64,000 bases of DNA, from contig JBGAII010000003.1 of NCBI GenBank assembly GCA_044225625.1, positions 11,234 to 75,233 on the forward strand, written 5' to 3'. Position 1 is the stretch's first letter; each line of letters starts with the position of its first letter. A program made the translations under genes and the position numbers. The DNA is from Rubrivivax sp. (GTDB taxonomy: Bacteria > Pseudomonadota > Gammaproteobacteria > Burkholderiales > Burkholderiaceae_C). Positions 55,463-64,000 of the stretch are shown here, piece after piece. The notes below the pieces were generated by a model. The model saw only the letters and a program-made list of their open reading frames with translations, was not told where the DNA came from and ran no database searches.

Positions 55463-55492
55463 AAAAGGGCTGCCCGCGGGCAGCCCTTTTCG
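55463..55492. terminator. Bidirectional intrinsic terminator: AAAA-GGGCTGCC-CGCG-GGCAGCCC-TTTT.
   Basis: A perfect 8 bp stem flanked by an A-tract and a T-tract. It sits between the convergent ricin-lectin gene (plus) and the TctC gene (minus). Confidence 0.6.
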
Positions 55493-55514
55493 CGTGGCGT
55501 GGACGCGCGCCGCG

Positions 55515-56513
55515 TCAGTCGACCGTCGCGCCGCTCGCCTTGACCACCTTGCCCCACTTCTCGCGCTCGGCGGCGACGAAGGCGGCGAACGCGGCCGGCG
55601 GCTCGCCGACGTTCTCGGAGCCGGTTTCGGTCAGGATGCGTTGCCAGTCGGGCCCCTGCATGATCTTCAGCGCCGCGGCATTCAGCTTGGCCACGATGTC
55701 GGGCGGCGTCTTCGCCGGCGCGAAGAAGCCGTACCACGCATAGGACTCGAAGCCGCTCATCCCGGCTTCCGAGAACGTCGGCACGTCGGGCAGCGCGGAC
55801 GAGCGCTTGGCGCTGGTGATCGCGATCGCGCGCACCTTGCCCGCCTTGATCATCGGCAGGATGGCGATGGCGCTGTCGAACATGATCGGCACGTGGCCGC
55901 CGACGAGGTCGGAGATCGCCGGCGCCGAGCCCTTGTACGGCACGTGCGTGATGTCGAGGCCCGCGGTGGTCTTGAACAGTTCGCCGGTCAGGTGCTGCGG
56001 CGTGCCGTTGCCGGACGACGCGTATTGCACGTTGCCCTTCTGCGCCTTGATCCAGGCGATCAGCTCGGTCAGGTTCTTCGCCGGCACCGACGGGTTGACG
56101 GCGAGGATCAGCGGCACGCGGAGCAGGTTGGTGATCGGCGCGAGGTCCTTCGCGGGATCGAACGCCATCTGCTTGTAGAGGCTCGGGTTGATGGCCACCG
56201 GCGCGCTCGACGTGATCAGCAGCGTGTAGCCGTCCGGCTTGGCTTCCGTGACGAGCGTCGTCCCGAGGTTGCCGCCGGCGCCGCCGCGGTTGTCGATGAT
56301 GAACGATTGGCCGAGCAGTTCCGTGAGGCCCTTGGCCATCGGCCGTGCCGCGATGTCCGAGGGCCCGCCCGGCGGCCAGGGCACGATGATCGTGACGGGG
56401 TGGGTCGGCCAGGCCTGCGCCTGGACGGCGAAGGGCACGAGGCCCAGCGCGGCCAGGGAGCCGGCGGCCAGCAGTTTCAGCAAAGTGCGCAACGAAGTGA
56501 CGACAGGGGGCAT
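55515..56513 (-). CDS. Tripartite tricarboxylate transporter substrate-binding protein (TctC / Bug family), orphan.
   Basis: Signal peptide MPPVVTSLRTLLKLLAAGSLAALGLVPFAVQA. Motifs PGGPSDIAARPMA and DNRGGAGG. Listed ORF 55515..56549. Confidence 0.85.
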   Translation of the reverse strand: MPPVVTSLRTLLKLLAAGSLAALGLVPFAVQAQAWPTHPVTIIVPWPPGGPSDIAARPMAKGLTELLGQSFIIDNRGGAGGNLGTTLVTEAKPDGYTLLITSSAPVAINPSLYKQMAFDPAKDLAPITNLLRVPLILAVNPSVPAKNLTELIAWIKAQKGNVQYASSGNGTPQHLTGELFKTTAGLDITHVPYKGSAPAISDLVGGHVPIMFDSAIAILPMIKAGKVRAIAITSAKRSSALPDVPTFSEAGMSGFESYAWYGFFAPAKTPPDIVAKLNAAALKIMQGPDWQRILTETGSENVGEPPAAFAAFVAAEREKWGKVVKASGATVD

Positions 56514-56902
56514 GGCAGGACTCGCGGCGGGTTGAGCCAGGTTGGCCACGCCGATGATACCGCCTGCGCACGCGAAGCCGGTGGGCAGTGCTCATGCATT
56601 TGGCATAGAAAATGCGCCTGCAGCCGGCACACCTTGCCCCTTTGCGTCAGCGCGCGACGGTCTCGCTTTGCGAACCTGTTGCGTTTTCATCGAAATCGAC
56701 GCCAAGTGCCGATTCCGGCAAGGTTTGTGCTCTAGGCAGTTGGTTGACCCCGTGGCACACTCCCGCGCAGGGAGGGGGTGCCGGACCGCTTGCCGCCCGA
56801 AGGGCAAGCCGGCGGTCGGGTCGATTCGCAATCGCCGCGAGGCGCACCAAACAAGTGCGCGCGTGGCCCGGGCGGGCAACCGCCGGAAGAAAGGACCAGC
56901 GT

Positions 56903-57298
56903 TTGGCGGATACGAATCCCCTGTCGGGCGTCAAGGTGATGGTGATCGACGATTCGAACACCATCCGCCGCAGCGCCGAGATCTTCCTGCTCCAGGCCGG
57001 TTGCACGGTCATCCTGGCGGAAGACGGCTTCGACGCGCTGTCGAAGATCACCGACCATCGTCCCGACCTCATCTTCGTCGACATCATGATGCCGCGGCTC
57101 GACGGCTACCAGACGTGCGAGCTCATCAAGAAGAACGCCAAGTTCCGCACGACGCCGGTCATCATGCTGTCGTCCAAGGACGGCCTCTTCGACCGCGCGC
57201 GCGGCCGGATGGTGGGCTCCGATCAATACCTGACCAAGCCGTTCACCAAGGAAAGCCTGCTGAAGGCCGTGGCGGCGCACGTGAAAGCTGCTGCATGA
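56903..57298 (+). CDS. pilG: Twitching-motility response regulator PilG (CheY-like).
   Basis: TTG start with an AAAGGA RBS, giving (M)ADTNPLSGVKVMVIDDSNTIRRSAEIFLLQAGCTVILAEDGFDALSKITDHRPDLIFVDIMMPRLDGYQTCELIKKN...SDQYLTKPFTKESLLKAV. Near-identical in organisation to Pseudomonas PilG. The start could be the later ATG at MVIDD. Confidence 0.85.
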   Translation: MADTNPLSGVKVMVIDDSNTIRRSAEIFLLQAGCTVILAEDGFDALSKITDHRPDLIFVDIMMPRLDGYQTCELIKKNAKFRTTPVIMLSSKDGLFDRARGRMVGSDQYLTKPFTKESLLKAVAAHVKAAA

Positions 57299-57657
57299 TC
57301 AAGAAGATCCTGATCGTCGACGACTCGCCCACCGAACGCCACGTCCTCAACGACCTGCTGACAAAATCCGGCTACGAGGTCGTGGCCAGCGACAACGGCG
57401 AGGACGCGATCCTCAAGGCCAAGCTGCTGAAGCCCGACCTCATCCTGATGGATGTCGTGATGCCGGGACTCAACGGCTTCCAGGCCACGCGCGCGATCAG
57501 CCGCGATCCGGATACGCGCACCATCCCGGTCATCCTGTGCACCTCCAAGAGCCAGGAGACCGACAAGATCTGGGGCATGCGCCAGGGGGCGCGCGACTAC
57601 GTCGTGAAGCCCGTCGTCCGCGACGAGCTCCTCACCAAGATCGCCGCGCTCGGCTGA
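57295..57657 (+). CDS. pilH: Response regulator PilH (CheY-like).
   Basis: Starts [22 protein letters not shown]...[25 protein letters not shown] overlap with pilG. Confidence 0.85.
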   Translation: MIKKILIVDDSPTERHVLNDLLTKSGYEVVASDNGEDAILKAKLLKPDLILMDVVMPGLNGFQATRAISRDPDTRTIPVILCTSKSQETDKIWGMRQGARDYVVKPVVRDELLTKIAALG

Positions 57658-57672
57658 CGCGGGACCCACGCC

Positions 57673-58200
57673 ATGGCCCGCGCCGCACGCCTCGACCTCC
57701 GGACGTTCCAGCAGGAACTCGCCACGCGGCTCGCCAGCAAGACGGCGGCGCAGGTGGAGTCGTCGCGTCTCGGCCTCGACTGCGGCGACGCGCAATGGCT
57801 CATCCGCCTGGCCGACGCCGGCGAGGTGATCACGGTGCCGCTGATCGTGCCGGTGCCGCTGACGCAACCGTGGTACCTCGGCATCTCGAACATCCGCGGC
57901 AACCTGTTCAGCGTCGTCGACTTCGCGCGCTTCCTGGGCCTTGCGCCGACGCCACTCGGCAGCGGCCACCATGCGCGGCTGGTGCTGTTCGGGCCGCGCA
58001 CGGGCGAACTGAACGCCGGCATCATCGTCCGGCGCGTGCTGGGGCTGCGCAACCTTGCGGAGCTCGCACCCGCGGCGGCGCCGGAAAACCCGCCGGGCTG
58101 GTATGCCCAGCGGTGGATGGATGGGGACGGGCGTGCCTGGCAGGAAATCGACCTGGGCAAGCTCGCGCGCGATCCTGCGTTCCTGCAGGTCGGGCAATGA
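57673..58200 (+). CDS. pilI: CheW-like coupling protein PilI.
   Basis: 175 aa with a CheW-like domain. Positioned between pilH and pilJ. Confidence 0.8.
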   Translation: MARAARLDLRTFQQELATRLASKTAAQVESSRLGLDCGDAQWLIRLADAGEVITVPLIVPVPLTQPWYLGISNIRGNLFSVVDFARFLGLAPTPLGSGHHARLVLFGPRTGELNAGIIVRRVLGLRNLAELAPAAAPENPPGWYAQRWMDGDGRAWQEIDLGKLARDPAFLQVGQ

Positions 58201-58224
58201 ACGTCTAGAGGGACGGAGGCGGTA

Positions 58225-60432
58225 ATGGCACTGAAGATTTCGGGCAAGCTGTTCGGCGGCGACAAACCTGCGAAGGCGGGCGCGTCGGACCTCGACATGC
58301 CGACGACGCAGGTCAAGATGGGCAAGAACACGCCGGCCGGCTACGACCCGCTGGCGTCCGCGTCCGTCATGGACCAGATCCGCGCCGGCGGCGTCCCCAG
58401 CAAGGGCAGCAAGCTGCCGATGATCGGCAACCTGCCGGTCGTCAAGCAGTTCCAGATCCTGGGCTTCCTGCTGCTGCTGTTCATCGTGCTCGCGGCGCTG
58501 ATGCTGTTCCTCGACCAGCGCGCGCGCGAACAGGGCGCGGCGGCGGGCGCCACGGCGACGGAAATGCAGATGCTGTCGCAGCGCCTCGCACGCGCCTCCG
58601 CGATGGCGGCGCAAGGCCAGGCAGCGGGCTTCCCCGCCGTGCGCGACAGCCGCGACAAGTTCGCGAACGACTTCCGCGCGCTGGCCGAAGGTGGCGTCAC
58701 GCACGGCACGTCGATCGACGCGCTGCAGGATCCGGCCGCCACGGCGCTGCTGGCCGACATCCGCACGCGCTGGGAGCGCGTCGACGCCGCCGCCAACACG
58801 GTGATCGGCAACGAGCAGGCGCTGACGTCGCTGGCCAAGGGCCTGGAGGCGGTCAACCAGAACAACAGCGCGGTGCTCGAGCTCGCGCAGCAGGCCGGCC
58901 TGCAGTTCGCGCAGTCCAACGGCTCGCCGCGCGAAATCGATTTCACCAACCAGCTCGCGGTGCTGTCGCAGCGCATCGCCAAGAACGCGAACACGCTGGC
59001 CTCGTCCGACGAAGTGGACCCGGAAACGGCCTTCCTGCTGGGCAAGGACGCGGGCACGTTCCGCGACATCGTCAACGGCTTGCTGAAGGGCAGCGACCCG
59101 CTGCGCCTGCCGGGCGTGCGCAACGAGGAAGTGCGCGCGACGCTCGTCGAGCTGCAGAAGCGTTTCGCAGCCTACGACACGGGCGTGGCGAGCATCCTGT
59201 CGTCGATGCAGCGGCTGACGGCCGCCAAGCAGGCGGCGCGCACGATCAACAACGAATCCGAGAACCTGCTCGCCAAGTCCACCGACCTGGCCGCCACCGT
59301 CGAAGGCGGCGGCCGCGCGCACCTGTTCACGCTGTGGGCGTCGATCGTGTTCGGCCTGCTGGCGCTCGTGTGCCTCGTGTTCCTGGGCAAGGTCTTCCTC
59401 GACGATGCGCGGGCCCGCGCGAGCGAGAGCGAAGGCGAGAACAAGCGGAACCAGGAAGCCATTCTGCGGCTGCTGAACGAGATGGGTAACCTGGCCGACG
59501 GCGACCTGACCGTGCAGGCCTCGGTGACGGAAGACGTGACGGGCGCCATCGCGGACTCCATCAACTTCACGATCGAAGAATTGCGCACGCTGGTGCGCGG
59601 CATCAACAGCGCGACGGACCAGGTGACCAAGGCGACGCAGGAAACGCAGGCCATCTCGAACCGCCTGTACGAAGCGTCGCAGCGGCAAAACAAGGAAATC
59701 CAGCAGGCCTCCGCGTCCGTGCTGCAGATGGCGCAGTCGATCAGCGAAGTCGCGCAGAACGCGTCGCAGTCCGCCAAGGTGGCCCAGATGCAGCTGGCGG
59801 CCGCCGAGAAGGGCGGCATGGCCGTGCAGAACCAGATCGCGGGCATGAACGACATCCGCTCGCAGATCCAGGACACGTCCAAGCGGATCAAGCGCCTGGG
59901 CGAATCGTCCCTCGAGATCGGCGAAATCGTGGAACTGATCTCGGACATTACCGAGCAGACGAACGTGCTGGCGCTGAACGCCGCCATCCAGGCCGCGTCC
60001 GCCGGCGAAGCGGGCCGCGGCTTCACGGTGGTGGCGGAAGAAGTGCAGCGGCTGGCCGAACGCTCCGGCGAGGCGACGAAGCAGATCGAGGCGATCGTGA
60101 AGACCATTCAGGCGGACACGCAGGACGCGGTGGCCGCCATGGAGAAGTCGACGGTGGGCGTGGTCGAAGGGACCAAGCTGTCCGACGCGGCGGGCCAGGC
60201 GCTGACGGAGATCCAGACGGTGTCGCGCGACCTCGCCAACCTGATCTCGCGGATCTCGTCGCAGACGCAGATGCAGTCGACGTCGGTGACGGAAGTGACG
60301 CGCGGCATGCAGGGCATCCTGAAGATCACGGAAGAAACCACCGAGGGCACGAAGCAGACGAACGTGTCCATCGGCCAGCTCACGCGATTGGCCGCCGAGC
60401 TCCGCTCGTCGGTCGCCGGCTTCAAGGTCTGA
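58225..60432 (+). CDS. pilJ: Methyl-accepting chemotaxis protein PilJ.
   Basis: 735 aa with an N-terminal TM, a periplasmic region, a second TM, HAMP, and a C-terminal MCP signalling domain. Confidence 0.85.
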   Translation: MALKISGKLFGGDKPAKAGASDLDMPTTQVKMGKNTPAGYDPLASASVMDQIRAGGVPSKGSKLPMIGNLPVVKQFQILGFLLLLFIVLAALMLFLDQRAREQGAAAGATATEMQMLSQRLARASAMAAQGQAAGFPAVRDSRDKFANDFRALAEGGVTHGTSIDALQDPAATALLADIRTRWERVDAAANTVIGNEQALTSLAKGLEAVNQNNSAVLELAQQAGLQFAQSNGSPREIDFTNQLAVLSQRIAKNANTLASSDEVDPETAFLLGKDAGTFRDIVNGLLKGSDPLRLPGVRNEEVRATLVELQKRFAAYDTGVASILSSMQRLTAAKQAARTINNESENLLAKSTDLAATVEGGGRAHLFTLWASIVFGLLALVCLVFLGKVFLDDARARASESEGENKRNQEAILRLLNEMGNLADGDLTVQASVTEDVTGAIADSINFTIEELRTLVRGINSATDQVTKATQETQAISNRLYEASQRQNKEIQQASASVLQMAQSISEVAQNASQSAKVAQMQLAAAEKGGMAVQNQIAGMNDIRSQIQDTSKRIKRLGESSLEIGEIVELISDITEQTNVLALNAAIQAASAGEAGRGFTVVAEEVQRLAERSGEATKQIEAIVKTIQADTQDAVAAMEKSTVGVVEGTKLSDAAGQALTEIQTVSRDLANLISRISSQTQMQSTSVTEVTRGMQGILKITEETTEGTKQTNVSIGQLTRLAAELRSSVAGFKV

Positions 60433-60437
60433 CCATC

Positions 60438-63400
60438 ATGGCGGGCGACAGCAACTCCGGCCGCGGCAGCGCGGACGGCGCTGCCGACACGTTCGACGTC
60501 GGCCCGCTGTCCTGGGTCCACGGCGAGATCGACCAGGCGCTGACGCGCGGGCTCGACGCGCTCGCCACGTTCAAGGCGGCACCGAAGGAAGCGATCGCGC
60601 TCAAGCACGCGCGCACGCACATCCACCAGGCCGCGGGCGCCATCCAGATGGTGGGGCTCGACGCGGTCGTCGCGTACACGGACGAGATCGAGCGCCAGCT
60701 CACGCGGCTCGAGGAACTGCCGGCCGCGCAGGCACCGGCGGCCGTCGACCTCGTCGACCACGCATGCCGGCGCCTCAAGATCTTCCTGGACGAGCTCGTC
60801 AACGGCGCGCCGCCGGTGCCGCTGAAGCTCTTCCCCGAATACGAGCAGATGCAGGGCGCGCGCGGCGTGAAGGCCGTCGCGCCAACCGATCTCTTCTATC
60901 CCGACCTCGGCGCGCGGCCGCCCAAGGTGCCGGCGCGCGAGGCGCTGCCGATCTCGCGGCTGCAATCGCTGCTGGTCAAGCAGCGGCGTATCTACCAGCG
61001 CGGCCTGCTGTCGTGGCTGCGCGGCGACGCCGACGGCATCGCGCAGATGAAGGGCGCGATCGCCGACATCGAGGAAGCGACGACGCAGGCGCCGCTGCGC
61101 GCGTTCTGGTGGTCGAGCGGCGCGCTGTTCGAAGCGCTCGGCGCCAAGGGCCTGGAGCCGTCGTTCGGCGTCAAGCAGCTCACAGCGCGCATCGACCTGC
61201 AGATCCGCCGCGTGCTGGGCGGCAGCGCCAAGGTGGCCGACCGGCTCCGCCGCGAAGTGCTCTACTACGTCGCGATCGCCGCGCCCACCGGGCCGCAGGT
61301 GCAGGGCGTGCAGAAGACGTTCCATCTCGGCGGGCTCATCCCGTCCGCGGATGTGCTCAATGCGGACCTGGTGCGACTGCAGCCCTTGCTGCGCGAGGCA
61401 CGCGAGCAACTGGTCGGCGCCAAGGACGCGTGGCTCAAGTTCGCGTCGGGCCGTGCGGAGAACCTGCCCAAGCTCAAGGCCACGCTGACGTCGGTGCACA
61501 CCAAGGCCGCCGACGTGCGCAACGGCGCGCTGATGAAGCTCACGTCGGCGCTGGTCGAGCGGCTGGACAAGATGCCGGCGTCGGGCGTGTCCGAGTCGGT
61601 GGCGATGGAGTACGCGACGGCGCTGCTGCTCGCCGAGAGCGCGTTCGACAACTACTCGAACCTGGGCCCGGATTTCCCCAAGCAGGTCGACGCGATGATC
61701 GGGCGGCTCGACGCCGCGCGCGCCGGCCGCGGCGTACCGACCTCCGGCGCGCCGGCGCTGGACGAAATGTCCCGCCGCGCGCAGGAGCGGATGCTGCTGG
61801 CGCAGGTGGGTCGCGAGATCCAGGCCAACCTGCGGCACATGGAACAGGTGCTCGACGCGTTCTTCCGCGACAACAGCAAGCGCGCGGAACTCGCGAGCCT
61901 GGCCAAGGACAGCGCGCAGATCCGCGGCGCGCTGCTGATGCTGGGGCTCACCGACGCCGAGAAGCTGCTGATGTCCTGCCAGGCCCAGATCGACTCGTAC
62001 GTCGGCAGCGAGGAGCCCGTCGACAACGACGACCTCGAGATGCTCGCCGAATCGCTGTCGGGACTCGGCTTCTACATCGAGGCCGTCGAGCAGCAGCGCC
62101 CGGATCGCGAGCGGCTGATCGCGCCGCTGATCGCCAAGCGCTCCGGCGAGACGACGGTGGTGGAGATCGACGACGACGCGAAGTCGGTCGAGAGCGCCGT
62201 GGCCGAGCTGCGCGGGCAGCTGCCGGCGCTGCTCGACGAGCTCCACGCGGGTGGTCCGCGCGCCGCCTCGCGCGCCGCGCTCAAGTCCAAGCTCGAAGCG
62301 CTGCGCGACGACGCGGAGCTGATCGGCGACGCGACGCTCGTGCAGCAGACGCAGTCGGCGCTGGCCGAGCTCGATGCCGGCGGCGATGCGCTTGCCAAGG
62401 CCGTCGACGCGATCGCCGACACCACGGCCGCCGCCGCGCCGGAGATCTCGGACGAGACCAAGCGCCTGCTCGAGACCGACGCCACCGCGTTCGACGGCGA
62501 GCTGCTCGACATCTACCTCACCGAAGCGCACGAGGTGCTGGACACCATCGCCGCGCATCGCAAGGTGCTTGCGGCCAACCCGAGCGACCGCGAGGCACTG
62601 CGCACGATCCGCCGCGGCTTCCACACGCTGAAGGGTTCGGGCCGCATGGTGGGCCTCACGGATCTCGGCGAACTCGCGTTCGAAGTCGAGCGCGTGCACA
62701 ACCGCCTGCTCGAGGAAGACCGCGCCGTGACTCCCGCGGTGCTCGCGATGATCGGCGTCGCCGAGCGTGATTTCCGCACGTGGATCGCCGCGCTGCAGGA
62801 CACGAAGCGCGTGACGCCCGACCCGACCGCGTTGCGCGCGGCCATCTCCGCCGTGCTCGCCGAGCTGCCGCCGGGCCCAGGCCCCGCCACGCCGCCGCCC
62901 ACGCCCGGCAAGCCGCGGCTCGTGGACATCCCGGAAGCTACCGGTGCCGCGTTGCCCGCGCGCGACGACGGACCGCCGCCGCTCGCGCTGGTCGACGAGC
63001 TCGACGACCTCGACGCCTTGCTCGACCGCGATGCGCGCGAAGCGAGCGGCATCGATTTCGTGAAGCCGGACGTGCCGCTCACCACGGCGCCGCCGGCGCC
63101 GGCAGCGGCGCCCGCAGCGGCGCCCGCGAAGGGCGACTGGGAGCTCGACCTCGACCTCGAGCCGCTCGACGTGCCGGTGGCCTCGCCGGTGCCGGCCCCG
63201 CTTGCTTCACCCGCCTCCGTCGCGCCGCTCGCCGCGCCCGTGATCGCGCCGGCGTCGCACGACCTGCCGCCGCTGGTGGACTTGCCGGAGCTCGGCAGCG
63301 CGCCGGGCCTCGCGCCGCAGATCGTCGTGCGCGATGCGGTGGCCGCGGACGAGCTCGCGTCCGCCCAGGATCTGACCATCGCAGCCGACGAACCCGCACC

Positions 63401-64000
63401 GGGCTTGCGGCTCGTCGCCGACAACGACCTCGAGCAGATCGAGCTGCCGCCGCTCGACGACGGCCTGCACGATGCCGTGCACGCGGTCGACGCCCTGGCG
63501 CCCGCCGCGGCCAACGAGGCCGCGCCGCACGCGCAGCCGCTGGCGGAGGTGCTGCCGTTCGCGACGCCGGCTGCGGCCGGTGGCGGTGATGGGGAAGGTC
63601 CGAGCGCGGACGATGACGACGTCGTGATCGGCGACGTCACGCTGTCCGCCGCGCTCTACCGCATCCTGGCCGACGAGGCCGACGAACACCTGGCGACGCT
63701 GCATCACGAGTTGTCGCTGCTGCAATTCGAACCGCAACGCGTGCCGTCGCCGGCGATGGTCCGCGCGAGCCACACGTTGTGCGGCATCCATCGCACGGGC
63801 GGATTTCCGGTCGTCGCCACCACGGCCAAGTCGCTCGAGCTGGCGTTGAGCGCGCTGGCTGAGCACGCACCGCCGTTGCCCTCGCATGCGCAACCGATCC
63901 TCGCGCGTGCCGTCGCCGCGCTGACGGAGCTCGTGGCGCGGATCAAGCAACACGCCGGGTTTACCGCGGCCGATCGCGAGGAGGCCGACGCCGTGGGCGC
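60438..64000 (+). CDS. chpA: Chemosensory hybrid histidine kinase ChpA (PilL-type, multiple Hpt domains). 5' part only; it runs beyond the window end.
   Basis: Not in the ORF track because there is no stop inside the window. The ATG at 60438 lies 6 nt after the pilJ stop. My translation gives MAGDSNSGRGSADGAADTFDVGPLSWVHGEIDQALTRGL... and later Hpt motifs (RRGFHTLKGSGRMVGL). Listed ORFs 60764..62770 (+) and 60108..62699 (-) are Arg-rich wrong-frame or antisense. Confidence 0.8.
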   Translation, partial: MAGDSNSGRGSADGAADTFDVGPLSWVHGEIDQALTRGLDALATFKAAPKEAIALKHARTHIHQAAGAIQMVGLDAVVAYTDEIERQLTRLEELPAAQAPAAVDLVDHACRRLKIFLDELVNGAPPVPLKLFPEYEQMQGARGVKAVAPTDLFYPDLGARPPKVPAREALPISRLQSLLVKQRRIYQRGLLSWLRGDADGIAQMKGAIADIEEATTQAPLRAFWWSSGALFEALGAKGLEPSFGVKQLTARIDLQIRRVLGGSAKVADRLRREVLYYVAIAAPTGPQVQGVQKTFHLGGLIPSADVLNADLVRLQPLLREAREQLVGAKDAWLKFASGRAENLPKLKATLTSVHTKAADVRNGALMKLTSALVERLDKMPASGVSESVAMEYATALLLAESAFDNYSNLGPDFPKQVDAMIGRLDAARAGRGVPTSGAPALDEMSRRAQERMLLAQVGREIQANLRHMEQVLDAFFRDNSKRAELASLAKDSAQIRGALLMLGLTDAEKLLMSCQAQIDSYVGSEEPVDNDDLEMLAESLSGLGFYIEAVEQQRPDRERLIAPLIAKRSGETTVVEIDDDAKSVESAVAELRGQLPALLDELHAGGPRAASRAALKSKLEALRDDAELIGDATLVQQTQSALAELDAGGDALAKAVDAIADTTAAAAPEISDETKRLLETDATAFDGELLDIYLTEAHEVLDTIAAHRKVLAANPSDREALRTIRRGFHTLKGSGRMVGLTDLGELAFEVERVHNRLLEEDRAVTPAVLAMIGVAERDFRTWIAALQDTKRVTPDPTALRAAISAVLAELPPGPGPATPPPTPGKPRLVDIPEATGAALPARDDGPPPLALVDELDDLDALLDRDAREASGIDFVKPDVPLTTAPPAPAAAPAAAPAKGDWELDLDLEPLDVPVASPVPAPLASPASVAPLAAPVIAPASHDLPPLVDLPELGSAPGLAPQIVVRDAVAADELASAQDLTIAADEPAPGLRLVADNDLEQIELPPLDDGLHDAVHAVDALAPAAANEAAPHAQPLAEVLPFATPAAAGGGDGEGPSADDDDVVIGDVTLSAALYRILADEADEHLATLHHELSLLQFEPQRVPSPAMVRASHTLCGIHRTGGFPVVATTAKSLELALSALAEHAPPLPSHAQPILARAVAALTELVARIKQHAGFTAADREEADAVG

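Overview
This 64 kb window is high-GC (about 68%) chromosomal DNA with a betaproteobacterial (Burkholderiales-like) flavour: Tat signals, a Bug/TctC binding protein, and a PilG-PilH-PilI-PilJ-ChpA cluster. Nearly all of it is coding and tightly packed, and many neighbouring genes are joined by ATGA or TGATG stop/start overlaps.

Gene content, left to right:
- iorAB-type molybdo-oxidoreductase, with iorB truncated at the window start.
- A putative regulator coupled to a DUF5666-like lipoprotein.
- A long minus-strand catabolic operon: sugar-type ABC importer with SBP, two permeases (one fused to a strictosidine-synthase/SMP-30-like beta-propeller), a second free beta-propeller paralog, an ATPase, a GntR/FCD regulator and an acyl-CoA synthetase, followed by an acyl-CoA dehydrogenase.
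- AI-2E transporter, secreted Pro/Gln-rich protein, DHFR-family protein, MarR-MFS efflux pair, orphan hcp, secreted Ntn (choloylglycine-type) hydrolase, GST, OmpA-like lipoprotein, and S-(hydroxymethyl)glutathione dehydrogenase.
- A complete ECF sigma (RpoE-like)/anti-sigma ChrR locus divergent from a 7-gene lipid-modification operon (CFA-synthase-like MT, small membrane protein, DUF1295, acyl-CoA desaturase, FAD oxidoreductase, DUF1365, CFA synthase). Three TGATCC-N16/17-GTA promoter motifs are visible.
- TRAP SBP coupled to an SDR.
- A 1.1 kb non-coding stretch carrying a promoter/terminator-bounded sRNA candidate and two tRNA-like elements, just upstream of a slipin-RtcB pair.
- YicC, a Ser/Thr kinase-PP2C phosphatase-lipoprotein operon, dnaQ-like exonuclease overlapping ilvA.
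- A TetR-controlled radical-SAM/SPASM locus with a signal-peptide precursor carrying tandem Gly/Trp/Asn/His repeats, followed by a secreted I78-like protein and a ricin-lectin lipoprotein.
- A Bug/TctC SBP, then pilG-pilH-pilI-pilJ-chpA (chpA truncated at the window end).

No rRNA, CRISPR array, transposase or integrase was seen.

Candidates of most interest:
- The radical-SAM/repeat-precursor (RiPP-like) locus.
- The permease-beta-propeller fusion importer.
- The tRNA-mimic/sRNA region beside rtcB.
- The palindromic TGGATCCA operator array.
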